From positions 96,001 through 160,000 of IMG/VR virus record IMGVR_UViG_3300025150_000003: a stretch of 64,000 nucleotides of DNA. The stretch is one strand, 5' to 3'. Positions 1 to 8,547 of this stretch are shown here, piece by piece. The stretch is from a virus. Numbering within the stretch: position 1 is the stretch's first letter; each line of letters begins with the position of its first letter. The position numbers were made by a program, and so were the translations under genes. The notes beneath the pieces were generated by a model. It searched no databases. It saw only the letters and a program-made list of their open reading frames with translations, and was not told the origin of the DNA.

Positions 1-621
1 GTCGCCCGGCACGATGTCGCCGACGGAAATGACCTGCACCTGTGCGGTTGCAGGTAGGGATGGGGCAACGAGGGCTCGCCAGACTTCGAGGAACACGAAG
101 TCCGTCCGTTTCACGGTGGCGTTGGTGCCATCATAGATCTTCGCTGGGGACAGGCCGATCAGGTTGAACCCTGCCACCTGGGTGTTGGTGAACTCCACCA
201 CCACGGGGTAGCCGGCCACCACCGCTTCCAGCCGTGGAAGCACCAGCGAGCTGGTCAGTGTGTTGTCTGCATGGATGAGAGGAATGCCCAGGGGAATGTC
301 CACCAAGGCGGAGTCATCCGTGATGCCTACAGGAGCTGTTTCGGTGCCCCAGTCGCAGTAGGCATCCTGGTGTGTCCGACCTCGGAGCCAACCAGAACCA
401 GTATCCCAACGACGAAGGAGATAGTTCTCCATCCATTGGGCGGCCTGGTGAAGGTTCAGCTCGCAGTCGAGCACTGGCTTCCCAGACTCGGAGATCACGG
501 CGAGGAACGACCGCTCCCCTGTCCCGGCCGACCTGGATACCGTGTTCGGTACTCGCAGGCCAACCGGCGTCGGGGCGATCTGAATCCCGTCGAAATATTC
601 GGAATGGTCCTTGACCGCCAC
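1..621 (-). CDS. Virion structural protein (baseplate/tail fibre-associated), 5' part; runs off the left edge
   Basis: Not in the ORF track. GTG at 621 with GGAGG at 628-632; open to position 1, reading MAVKDHSEYFDG...SESGKPVLDCELNLHQ...RTDFVFLEVWRALV. The GKPVLDxELN segment resembles N-termini of phage/CIS baseplate-fibre proteins (recall, not searched). Confidence 0.7.
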   Translation of the reverse strand, partial: MAVKDHSEYFDGIQIAPTPVGLRVPNTVSRSAGTGERSFLAVISESGKPVLDCELNLHQAAQWMENYLLRRWDTGSGWLRGRTHQDAYCDWGTETAPVGITDDSALVDIPLGIPLIHADNTLTSSLVLPRLEAVVAGYPVVVEFTNTQVAGFNLIGLSPAKIYDGTNATVKRTDFVFLEVWRALVAPSLPATAQVQVISVGDIVPGD

Positions 622-631
622 AGGGCGCCTC

Positions 632-1267
632 CTAGAAGCTCAAGCGCCAGGTGATGGCAAGAATCGCTGTCGCGGGCTTCGAGACGACGGAAAATGTTAG
701 GTAATTCGCCATCAGGTCGAACCCGTCCACGTCGATGGAGGGGTCGTAGTCCGAGGGGCCATTGACGATGGGGTTCGTGATAGCCGGGTTGAGCGAGGCG
801 GGCACCAGCAGGCCCATCTCGTTGAGAGCACCCACGGCCTCTGACTCACCGTAGCTCGTCGTGAAGTCCACGATGTTGGTTCGGTACGCAACAGCGACGC
901 CTGCCGCTGTGCGGTAGGTCGTAGACGAGAAGGCCTTGCGGGCGATCTCCGTGTTGAGCCTCCGCTGAGTGTTCTGCGGAGCATCCGGTGAAAGCACTGC
1001 TCCCGTTGCCCCCGTCCCCACGGCAAGCATCTTCAGCCCACCCGTCAGGTCGCCCTTGAAATGGGCCGCCGCTGCGATGCCTGCATCGAGGGTGATGATG
1101 TTGTCCCTCTCCCAATAAACGAGCTGCTCACCCGTCTTGGCGTCCTTCATGTCGAAGATGAAGGTGCCCTTGGGGCCGGGACCTTGCTCTGGATACAACA
1201 TTCCCAGCCCCATCTTGAACTGCTGGTAGGCCGCTTGCAGCCGCATTCTGTCTTGTAGGAGCGCCAT
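632..1267 (-). CDS. Tail-collar fibre / baseplate-fibre adaptor-like protein
   Basis: 211 aa with AVGTG...LNTEIARKA...GALNEMGL and a terminal ITWRLSF strand, resembling tail-collar fibre (DUF3751-like) N-terminal domains; lies downstream of baseplate genes. Confidence 0.6.
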   Translation of the reverse strand: MALLQDRMRLQAAYQQFKMGLGMLYPEQGPGPKGTFIFDMKDAKTGEQLVYWERDNIITLDAGIAAAAHFKGDLTGGLKMLAVGTGATGAVLSPDAPQNTQRRLNTEIARKAFSSTTYRTAAGVAVAYRTNIVDFTTSYGESEAVGALNEMGLLVPASLNPAITNPIVNGPSDYDPSIDVDGFDLMANYLTFSVVSKPATAILAITWRLSF

Positions 1268-1392
1268 CAGTTCACCTCAAGGGAGCGTTCGGAACAGGCT
1301 TGGGGGCACAGGTCCATCCTACCCCTCTCAACCGCATAGCCGAGATAACGTGATGAGAAATCAAGTTGATTTTCCAAAGAGCCAGCCCGTGC

Positions 1393-1740
1393 TCAGATGG
1401 TTTCCCACAACGTGAAGTGTGTTGCCGTGAACCCACCGACATCCACGTTGCCATTCGTGTCACCATTCACCACCAGCTCGATGCCGCTGTAAGCGACCGA
1501 GATGGCGATCCTGGATCCTGCTTGCTCATTGGCCCCTGTCTTTCCGGGGTCCGCAGTGCAGAACGCAAGGTGTGTTGCCCTCCCGTACCAGTGCGTGATC
1601 ATGTCCAGCAACCCAGCATCAGGGGTGCCCGCATCAACGGGGGAGACCAACACTTCGCCATCTGCAAGAAAGGGAAGGTCCCCTGCTGGGATGACTTTCG
1701 GTGCAGAGAGGGCATGGCCTCCCAGGTATGTATCAGCCAT
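1393..1740 (-). CDS. Small tail fibre-associated protein, possibly truncated by a frameshift
   Basis: 115 aa with HLAFCTADPGKTGANE...THFTLW, a pattern I recognise from small phage tail fibre proteins; stops three residues after the conserved W. Confidence 0.5.
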   Translation of the reverse strand: MADTYLGGHALSAPKVIPAGDLPFLADGEVLVSPVDAGTPDAGLLDMITHWYGRATHLAFCTADPGKTGANEQAGSRIAISVAYSGIELVVNGDTNGNVDVGGFTATHFTLWETI

Positions 1741-1750
1741 GTTCTCAATC

Positions 1751-4700
1751 CTATGGAGAAAGAACGGCGAAGTTCGTCCCGCCGCTCAATTTGTTGTTGG
1801 TGACGGCAGAGAAGGTTCCACCGATGACCACCCGACCGCTCCCCGGACGAACCACAAAACACTCGACCTTCTGAGCATAGGTGGAGGTGTAACCACAGTC
1901 CGGGTCCCAGGCGTCTGGGGCACCCGTGATGGGGTCCAATCGAGCAATACGGTTACGAGTAGTCACCCCCCCAAAGGTATGGCAATACCCACTAATGTAG
2001 ACCCCTGCGGCATCCGGCACCAAGTGTAACGGTGTAGCATCTGCATCCGGATCCCAGGAGTCCGCCAATCCTGTAACGGCATCGATCCGAGCCACCCGGT
2101 TCCTGAATACTGCGCCAATCGCGGCGAAGTCCCCGATGACGTAGATCCCAGCGGGGTCCACTATGATCCGGCGAGTTGAATAACTCGAATTGGGGTTCCA
2201 CCCATCGGCCAACCCTGTAGTGGGACTCAGCCGAGCAATGCGACTACGGGATGCTCCTCCGATGGTCGTGAACGATCCAACCGTATAGATGCCAGCGGCA
2301 TCGACAACAATGTGCGAGACGGTCTGACTTGCATTGGGATTCCAAGCGTCGGCGAGTCCTGTTACGGGGTCAATCCGGGCGATGTAGTTGCGAGCGGCTC
2401 CACCCGCATTCGCAAAGAAACCTCCCAGATAGATGCCGTTCCCATCCTCTGCAACGGAATTGACCCCAAAGCTGTCGGTGCCTGGGTCCCAGCTATCAGC
2501 GAGTCCCGTAACAGGGTCTAGCCGAGCGATGTTCGACCGTGCGGCTCCACCAATAGTGGTGTATCGACCACCGACATAGACCCCATCCACACCGACATAG
2601 ACACAATAGACGTTTTGATCACAATTGGGGTCCCAGGCGGTCACCAATCCGTTGCTGTCCAGGTGACACACCCGGTTGCGGGCGTAGGTTCCGACGGAAT
2701 CGGTGACGGAGGTGAAAGCTCCCCCCACGTAGTAGCCACCCGATCCATCGGGAGCCATAGCGGAGCTGCTACCGTTGAACGACGGGGCCACGAAGAAGTC
2801 AGGATACACAGCATCCACAGTGGGGGATGCCAACCCGAAGTCCGGGCTGATGGGACCCGGTATGATCGCCACCGGGATGTGGACCTCAACAGGAGCCAGG
2901 CCAAAGTCTGGGCTGATGGGGTCCGGTATGACCGGATAGGCCAAGTAGAAATCTGAGAGCTTGTCCGACATCGCCCCGGAGTTGTCCTCGACCAGCGGGA
3001 CCTCGATCCCACCCGAGGTCACTCCAGAGAGCTTCAGGTTGATGTTGGCCTGCTGCTCCACTCCCTGCCCAGGAATCAACCGACGCTTGCTGGGGTAGAG
3101 GTGGGCCGATCCCGGTCCCAGAGTCCCCCCACCGAGCCCGTAGGAGCCACCAGAGGCAAACAGTAGACCGCCCGAGGGGTCATAGGACGCATCCTTGGGA
3201 GTCACCACCTTCTGCCAGAACTGCGTGCCCTCAAAGGCAAAGACCTCGGCCCCGACTGCTCGGCCGACTTTGTCCCCCGTGGCGAAGTGGTTCGCCATGA
3301 ACCCTGCCCCACCAAGAGGATCCCCAGTCCCAGTCAGGGAGTAGATGTCCTCGCCTTCATCAGTGGCCAGGCCCGAGAACCCCAGACCAGGACCACCTTC
3401 ACAGATCGCTGCAAGAAGCCCCGGAGACCCACCATTAGTGACCTCGATGAACTCCAAGTCCTCGTAGTGGGTCCCGGCCACATCACTGTAGGTGAGCACC
3501 CCGTCCACCACGGTGGCTACGGCATTGCCAACCTGACTCTTCGGAATCGGTGGTGTCCCCTCGTTGAGGAGGGTGACGCCATCGAGCAAAGGTTGAAGGG
3601 CCAGGTAGGTGTTCGTCACCGGCTTACCCGGCAAGAACATCACCGTGACGTTGGCGTGCTCAGCCGAGAACTCCCGAACCGCCCCGGTCAGAGGATCCGG
3701 CTGAAGGGTGAGGAGCTGGGCGAGGGGGTCGAACTTCCAGTAGTCGCTCGTCCAGATCGTGGACCCGTCGATGACCTTGTACACGCTCTTGGCGTAGAGG
3801 TGCGTGGGCATCAAACTCAGACGTGTTGTGTCCATCGTCTGGATGATGACCGTTTCCAACGCACGGTCCTGTCCCAGCTCGCCACTCGCGATGACGTTGA
3901 ACTGGTTGAGGACCATATGCTCCGGGGCAATGCGGTCTTCGGTCGGGTGCTTGAAGAGCTGGTAACGGACCCAGTCCCAGCGGGACTGAGAGAGGTTCTG
4001 AGAGTTGATAGACCCCCAAGTGATCAACCCCAGATTGTTGCCAGGGCTGCGTGGGAGGTCTCGGTACTCGACGTTGATCCAGCCGGCAGAAGGCCCTATG
4101 TCAGAATCACCCGCCGAATACCAAGGCGGATCCACCCCGGGGACCAGAGGGATGTCCGGCCGGAGGATGGTAACACCCCACGTCGGGTCACGATAGGCTT
4201 GCAACTCAATGTCTGACCGCCAGTCCCACCACTCGATCGCTGGCCCTGTAGCCCACGAGTTGGGGGCTGTCGTGACGTCCGTGCGGGGCAACTCGTAGTT
4301 GTTGATGTCAGTGAGATCCAAGGGCTCACTGATGCCCCGCACGACGCCAAGGGTCCGTACCAGGTCAGCAGGGGCCTGAGCGTGAACGTGGACGTAATGC
4401 CACTCTACGCTCGCCGTGAGGTTGGGGTCATACAGGTTGGCGAGGTCACGCCCAGAGCAGCCGAAGAAGGCCTGAGTGTTGTTGACGCCTCCTGTGAAAA
4501 GAGTGAATGCCACCGCAGGGGCCTGAACCACATCGTCGATGACCAGGGTCACCGTATCCAGCACACGATCGGCCAGCACACGGTAGGTGTGTACCTCTCC
4601 CGTCCAGTCGAAAGGGTACGCCTGAACCACGGCCCCAGAAGCAGTACGAAGACGTACCTCCTCGTTGCCCGAGGTCCCACCAATCTCCACCTGCACCACG

Positions 4701-7700
4701 GCATAGGGGCTAGTAGTCCCTACCATCTGGCAACCGAACACGATGCCCGTGTCCCCAGCAACATTGGGTGTCACGGCCACTACTTCGAGCTTGGCTTCCA
4801 GTATCCGGCCTTCATCTTCCTGGATGATGGTCTCCCCACCAGCTCCCCAGGTCAGGAAAGCCTCCCAACGCCCTCGGTTGTCCTCGTCCTGCTGCGTGAC
4901 GAACTGAGCCCCTTCGTGCAACCCAGTCAGGGTGGAGCCCGTCTCGGCAGCCCAGTCCATCTGCTCCGGCGGCACGAGCCCGGCCATGCTCACCTGTGGC
5001 AGGGTCACCAGGCTCCGGTAGAGAGTCGGATCCGCCGAGAAGTTCTCCCGCACGAGCAGGGCACGAACCCGGACCACACGGTTAGTGTCGTCGAGGTCGA
5101 TCCCGACACACCCTGAACCATCCGTGGCCGTGTCGATATGGAACGTGGCCTGCAAGTCCAGAATGGAGTCCGGGGCAAAGAAGGGCTCCACCCGGGTGTA
5201 ACCCAACCCCATCAGCACGGCGTCATCCGTGGAGGTCGCCTTGAGGAGCAAGGAGCCCGCGTCCACAGTGGTGTCCCCGAACATCGTCGATGGCCACCAG
5301 GCCCCACCATCCGCTGTGGAGTTGTCATCCGGCAGAACAGCCATCTCGGTGTTCACAGAGACGGAATGTCCCTTCAAGAACACCTGGTCCGGGATGAGGC
5401 CGTAGCGCAGGAACGACCAGGTTGCACGGCTTGTCGCCTGACGACTCAGGGAACCCCAGAAGACCTGACCCACGATCTCCCGTGGAAGGAGCAGAGTCGT
5501 CTGCGAAGCCGGGGGCAGGGCAGGGACGTTGCCGTCGATGGTCGCGACCACCCCGGCCGTCTCACCAGAGATCCGCAACTCCGCAAGCTGCTGGCTGTTG
5601 TCCAGGTCGATGCGATAGGTAAATGGCTTGGTGCTCGCCCGCGTCTCGAACACCATCTCGGTGTACTTGTTCCCGAAGGTGTCCCAGGGAGAGGGCAGCG
5701 CCGGGGTGAACTCGACCGTCGTCGTCCCATTGCTCTGAGCAGTGACGGACGTTGCGGTGTACACCCCGATCTGGGTTCCTTCCATCCTCTGGAACCGGGA
5801 ACCCACGATGAATCCAGTGGGCACCTGCACGGTGGGAAAAGCACCCATCGTCTGAGAGGAGGCCGTCAGGATGGCTCTGGGGCCAATGTCCCAGGCAGAC
5901 CACTCATGAAGCCGCTTCGGGTTGAGCAAAAGCCCAACGTGCTCAACCCCATTCACCCGCAGAATGCCACAGAAGTAAAGGTATCGGTTGTCATGCAGAC
6001 CAAAGCCAACCCCGGTGAACACCCCTTCCGTCGTAGGGGTGTCAGGCAGACCGCCTGGATTGGGATGACCCGAATCGAATAGGACAGAGTCAACCTGGAA
6101 TCGAGCCACCAGGTTGATGCTCGATGGGTAGGTGAGGTCGAGCCCTCGATGATAGGTCGTCGCCGACGTGCTGGGAACCTCACCCAGGAGGGGATCGATG
6201 ATGGTGTAGGTCCCAAGGTCCAGGCCCGTGTCGGAATCGTGGTCCACCCCACCGTAGTCTGTGCCGTCCAGAGCCCAAGCGGGCACTGCAACTACAGGCT
6301 TGACCAGTCCTTCGTAAGCGGCATTGACGCCCCCTACAAAGCGCTCGAACCCAGGCACGGAGACACGGCCTGGAGCCTGGTTGAGCAACAGAGTCGTGGG
6401 GCTGTTGATCAGGGCCGAGTAGGCCCGCTCAAAACCCAGGTAGCGGTGGCCAATGTAGAGAGGCTTCACCCGCTCGATTGGCCCCAGCACGATGTTCATC
6501 GGGAACCGACTAGTGTCCACCGCCCCCTTCGGGAAAGCAGGCAGAGTCTGGACGGTATCACCGTGTGCTGCGGGGTCGTGGTGACCGTGGCGGCAGTCGA
6601 ACTTGTTCAACACCAAGCCTGGTGTGTTCAGCCCAGCCATCTCCATAATGGGGGACTTGAACCAGACGTAGTCCACCAGCACTTCCACCGTGCCCGGTGG
6701 GGTCAGAGCCAGTGGGACTGCCAGAACGATCTCACCGATGTATGGGTTGACCGAGGCTACTGTGACCTCAAGGCCGTCCACCCACACCGTGACATCCTGC
6801 TTAGTAGCAGGAGTCGCATCTCCCCAGTTCTTGACCAGAGGGCCTCGCTGGGTGAGGAGACGGTCCCTGGTCAGCACACCGCCGCCGTCCTCCACGAAGA
6901 ACAGACTGGCATCCTCTCCCGTGACCTGATGAGGTTCTTGCACCCCGAGTCGATCCACAGAGACGGTGAACTGCTGCCCTGTCGTGGCGACCTTCATTCG
7001 ACGATCAAGGCGGAGCAAGCAGAGAGCGACCCGCACTCGGGTTCCAGGTCCGGCGGCTTCACCAACTGGCCCACCGTCATTGCCCTGAACCCACTTGAGC
7101 CGGTAGGTCCCAGCATTAGGGCCAGTGGTGAACGTCAGAGCCTCACCCTCAACGGCCAAGCTCCAGTCTTGGTCCGCATCCTCGATCACATCTCCGGTGA
7201 CCGTAGCAAATCCCGATAGGTTGCCCGGAACCGTCGTGTATGCCCTCGCGGTGGCATCTGTACCCACAGGAAACGCAAGTACATCTTCGACCCGGTAACG
7301 GCCCACCTGCCGCCAATCTGTAGAGGCACCTGTACCTTCCAGACCACCAATGTGGATTGAGTTGGGTCCTGATAGGACCACCAAATCGGCACCAACGGAG
7401 ATCTGGTCGAACTCCACGGTGGTGTCACTGAACAGAGTCCGGTCGGTCCAGGTGATCCCCGCCGCTCCCGAGACTTGTTTGGTCCCGCAGCAGAACTTGC
7501 GGAAGTCCTCGTAGTAGTAACTCGACAGATCCCAAGAGGAGGATGCGGAAAAGAACTGCCCGAAGACTTCTGTGAACAGGTGCCGGTACTCATACAAGGT
7601 GTGGGCGGGCTTCAAAGCCCGCATCACGATACGGACGTTCTCCTGAAGGACATAGGGGTCCTCAGGAAACCGCTCCAGCCCCGTGTCGGGATCCGTGTGC

Positions 7701-8296
7701 GAGACATTGATCTCGAACTCGAATTGGTCATCCAGCCCCCATGCCGAACCAGGCTGGATCTCCCATCGCCCCGTTGTGACGTTCCAGACCTTCTTCGTAG
7801 TGCTCCGAGCTGCAAGGGCCTTTTCGATGACCGTGAACGTGGCTGCCGACAGAAGCTCAAGCCCACCCTCGATGGTGGACTTCGTTGCCCCCTGGAGCAG
7901 AAGCTGAACCATCCGCTTGAGGAACTCTCGATAGGTCAGGTCGCCTTTGAGAGTCGGGAAACCATCCGTGGTGGCATCCGGGAAGACCAGGCTACCAAGG
8001 AGCTGGAACAGGAACTCGCCGCGAACGTAGTCGTAGTCGGAGTCCGCGAAGGCTTCCTGTGCGGTGATCTGGAAGTCCGCGATGGCCTCCGCCGCCGCTT
8101 GGAACTGGATAGTGTAGAAGGGACCCTGAACCTGCGAGACGTAGTTCGAGGGTAGGAGCTGGAGGAAGACAGACATGATGCTGTCCACCTGCTCCCGCCG
8201 GGTCTTGATACGGCCCTGCCCGCTTCCCCCCACTGGGGAAGGGTTCTGCACCAGCAAGCTCGGAAGCAGATTCTTGTCAGCGGGCTTGTCGGCCAT
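1751..8296 (-). CDS. Large baseplate wedge/tail fibre protein with C-terminal beta-propeller repeats
   Basis: 2181 aa. The N-terminus (FLQLLPSNY...YREFLKRMVQLLLQGATK...ALKPAHTLY) has the tail-protein-I/wedge pattern and follows baseplate J. The C-terminal ~330 aa has about six YVGGxFTTIGGxxRxxIARLDPxTGLADxWxP repeats. Confidence 0.75.
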   Translation of the reverse strand: MADKPADKNLLPSLLVQNPSPVGGSGQGRIKTRREQVDSIMSVFLQLLPSNYVSQVQGPFYTIQFQAAAEAIADFQITAQEAFADSDYDYVRGEFLFQLLGSLVFPDATTDGFPTLKGDLTYREFLKRMVQLLLQGATKSTIEGGLELLSAATFTVIEKALAARSTTKKVWNVTTGRWEIQPGSAWGLDDQFEFEINVSHTDPDTGLERFPEDPYVLQENVRIVMRALKPAHTLYEYRHLFTEVFGQFFSASSSWDLSSYYYEDFRKFCCGTKQVSGAAGITWTDRTLFSDTTVEFDQISVGADLVVLSGPNSIHIGGLEGTGASTDWRQVGRYRVEDVLAFPVGTDATARAYTTVPGNLSGFATVTGDVIEDADQDWSLAVEGEALTFTTGPNAGTYRLKWVQGNDGGPVGEAAGPGTRVRVALCLLRLDRRMKVATTGQQFTVSVDRLGVQEPHQVTGEDASLFFVEDGGGVLTRDRLLTQRGPLVKNWGDATPATKQDVTVWVDGLEVTVASVNPYIGEIVLAVPLALTPPGTVEVLVDYVWFKSPIMEMAGLNTPGLVLNKFDCRHGHHDPAAHGDTVQTLPAFPKGAVDTSRFPMNIVLGPIERVKPLYIGHRYLGFERAYSALINSPTTLLLNQAPGRVSVPGFERFVGGVNAAYEGLVKPVVAVPAWALDGTDYGGVDHDSDTGLDLGTYTIIDPLLGEVPSTSATTYHRGLDLTYPSSINLVARFQVDSVLFDSGHPNPGGLPDTPTTEGVFTGVGFGLHDNRYLYFCGILRVNGVEHVGLLLNPKRLHEWSAWDIGPRAILTASSQTMGAFPTVQVPTGFIVGSRFQRMEGTQIGVYTATSVTAQSNGTTTVEFTPALPSPWDTFGNKYTEMVFETRASTKPFTYRIDLDNSQQLAELRISGETAGVVATIDGNVPALPPASQTTLLLPREIVGQVFWGSLSRQATSRATWSFLRYGLIPDQVFLKGHSVSVNTEMAVLPDDNSTADGGAWWPSTMFGDTTVDAGSLLLKATSTDDAVLMGLGYTRVEPFFAPDSILDLQATFHIDTATDGSGCVGIDLDDTNRVVRVRALLVRENFSADPTLYRSLVTLPQVSMAGLVPPEQMDWAAETGSTLTGLHEGAQFVTQQDEDNRGRWEAFLTWGAGGETIIQEDEGRILEAKLEVVAVTPNVAGDTGIVFGCQMVGTTSPYAVVQVEIGGTSGNEEVRLRTASGAVVQAYPFDWTGEVHTYRVLADRVLDTVTLVIDDVVQAPAVAFTLFTGGVNNTQAFFGCSGRDLANLYDPNLTASVEWHYVHVHAQAPADLVRTLGVVRGISEPLDLTDINNYELPRTDVTTAPNSWATGPAIEWWDWRSDIELQAYRDPTWGVTILRPDIPLVPGVDPPWYSAGDSDIGPSAGWINVEYRDLPRSPGNNLGLITWGSINSQNLSQSRWDWVRYQLFKHPTEDRIAPEHMVLNQFNVIASGELGQDRALETVIIQTMDTTRLSLMPTHLYAKSVYKVIDGSTIWTSDYWKFDPLAQLLTLQPDPLTGAVREFSAEHANVTVMFLPGKPVTNTYLALQPLLDGVTLLNEGTPPIPKSQVGNAVATVVDGVLTYSDVAGTHYEDLEFIEVTNGGSPGLLAAICEGGPGLGFSGLATDEGEDIYSLTGTGDPLGGAGFMANHFATGDKVGRAVGAEVFAFEGTQFWQKVVTPKDASYDPSGGLLFASGGSYGLGGGTLGPGSAHLYPSKRRLIPGQGVEQQANINLKLSGVTSGGIEVPLVEDNSGAMSDKLSDFYLAYPVIPDPISPDFGLAPVEVHIPVAIIPGPISPDFGLASPTVDAVYPDFFVAPSFNGSSSAMAPDGSGGYYVGGAFTSVTDSVGTYARNRVCHLDSNGLVTAWDPNCDQNVYCVYVGVDGVYVGGRYTTIGGAARSNIARLDPVTGLADSWDPGTDSFGVNSVAEDGNGIYLGGFFANAGGAARNYIARIDPVTGLADAWNPNASQTVSHIVVDAAGIYTVGSFTTIGGASRSRIARLSPTTGLADGWNPNSSYSTRRIIVDPAGIYVIGDFAAIGAVFRNRVARIDAVTGLADSWDPDADATPLHLVPDAAGVYISGYCHTFGGVTTRNRIARLDPITGAPDAWDPDCGYTSTYAQKVECFVVRPGSGRVVIGGTFSAVTNNKLSGGTNFAVLSP
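1760..2780 (-). repeat. Coding tandem repeats of ~48 aa (beta-propeller blades)
   Basis: Repeated IARLDPVTGLADSWDP / IARIDPVTGLADAWNP / IARLSPTTGLADGWNP / VARIDAVTGLADSWDP / IARLDPITGAPDAWDP in the translation. Confidence 0.85.
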
Positions 8297-8547
8297 CAGC
8301 CCTTCTCCATCCGAGTGTAGGTGGACTCAACCGTCCCCCACTCGTCCTGCCAGGAACGTACCCTGGAAAGGAAATCCTCCTGGGTGTAGTCCAACTCGGT
8401 ACAGCGGCTTGGACAACCCCGTAGGAGAGGATGGGACCATACCCTCTTGTGCACGTCGTCGATGAGGAGAGGACGTTCGATCTGTCGGCCTTCGGCATCA
8501 AAGACCCGGATCTTCTCGTTCTTGATGGCTTCACGGTCGTAGATCAT
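8296..8547 (-). CDS. Hypothetical protein (83 aa)
   Basis: Exactly fills the gap between two large genes, with 1-nt stop/start overlaps at both ends. Confidence 0.6.
   Translation of the reverse strand: MIYDREAIKNEKIRVFDAEGRQIERPLLIDDVHKRVWSHPLLRGCPSRCTELDYTQEDFLSRVRSWQDEWGTVESTYTRMEKG

Noticed and set aside
1751-2780. Diversity-generating retroelement target in the fibre C-terminus
   Set aside because: No reverse transcriptase and no near-identical template repeat with adenine-specific mismatches were seen; the repeats are diverged propeller blades.
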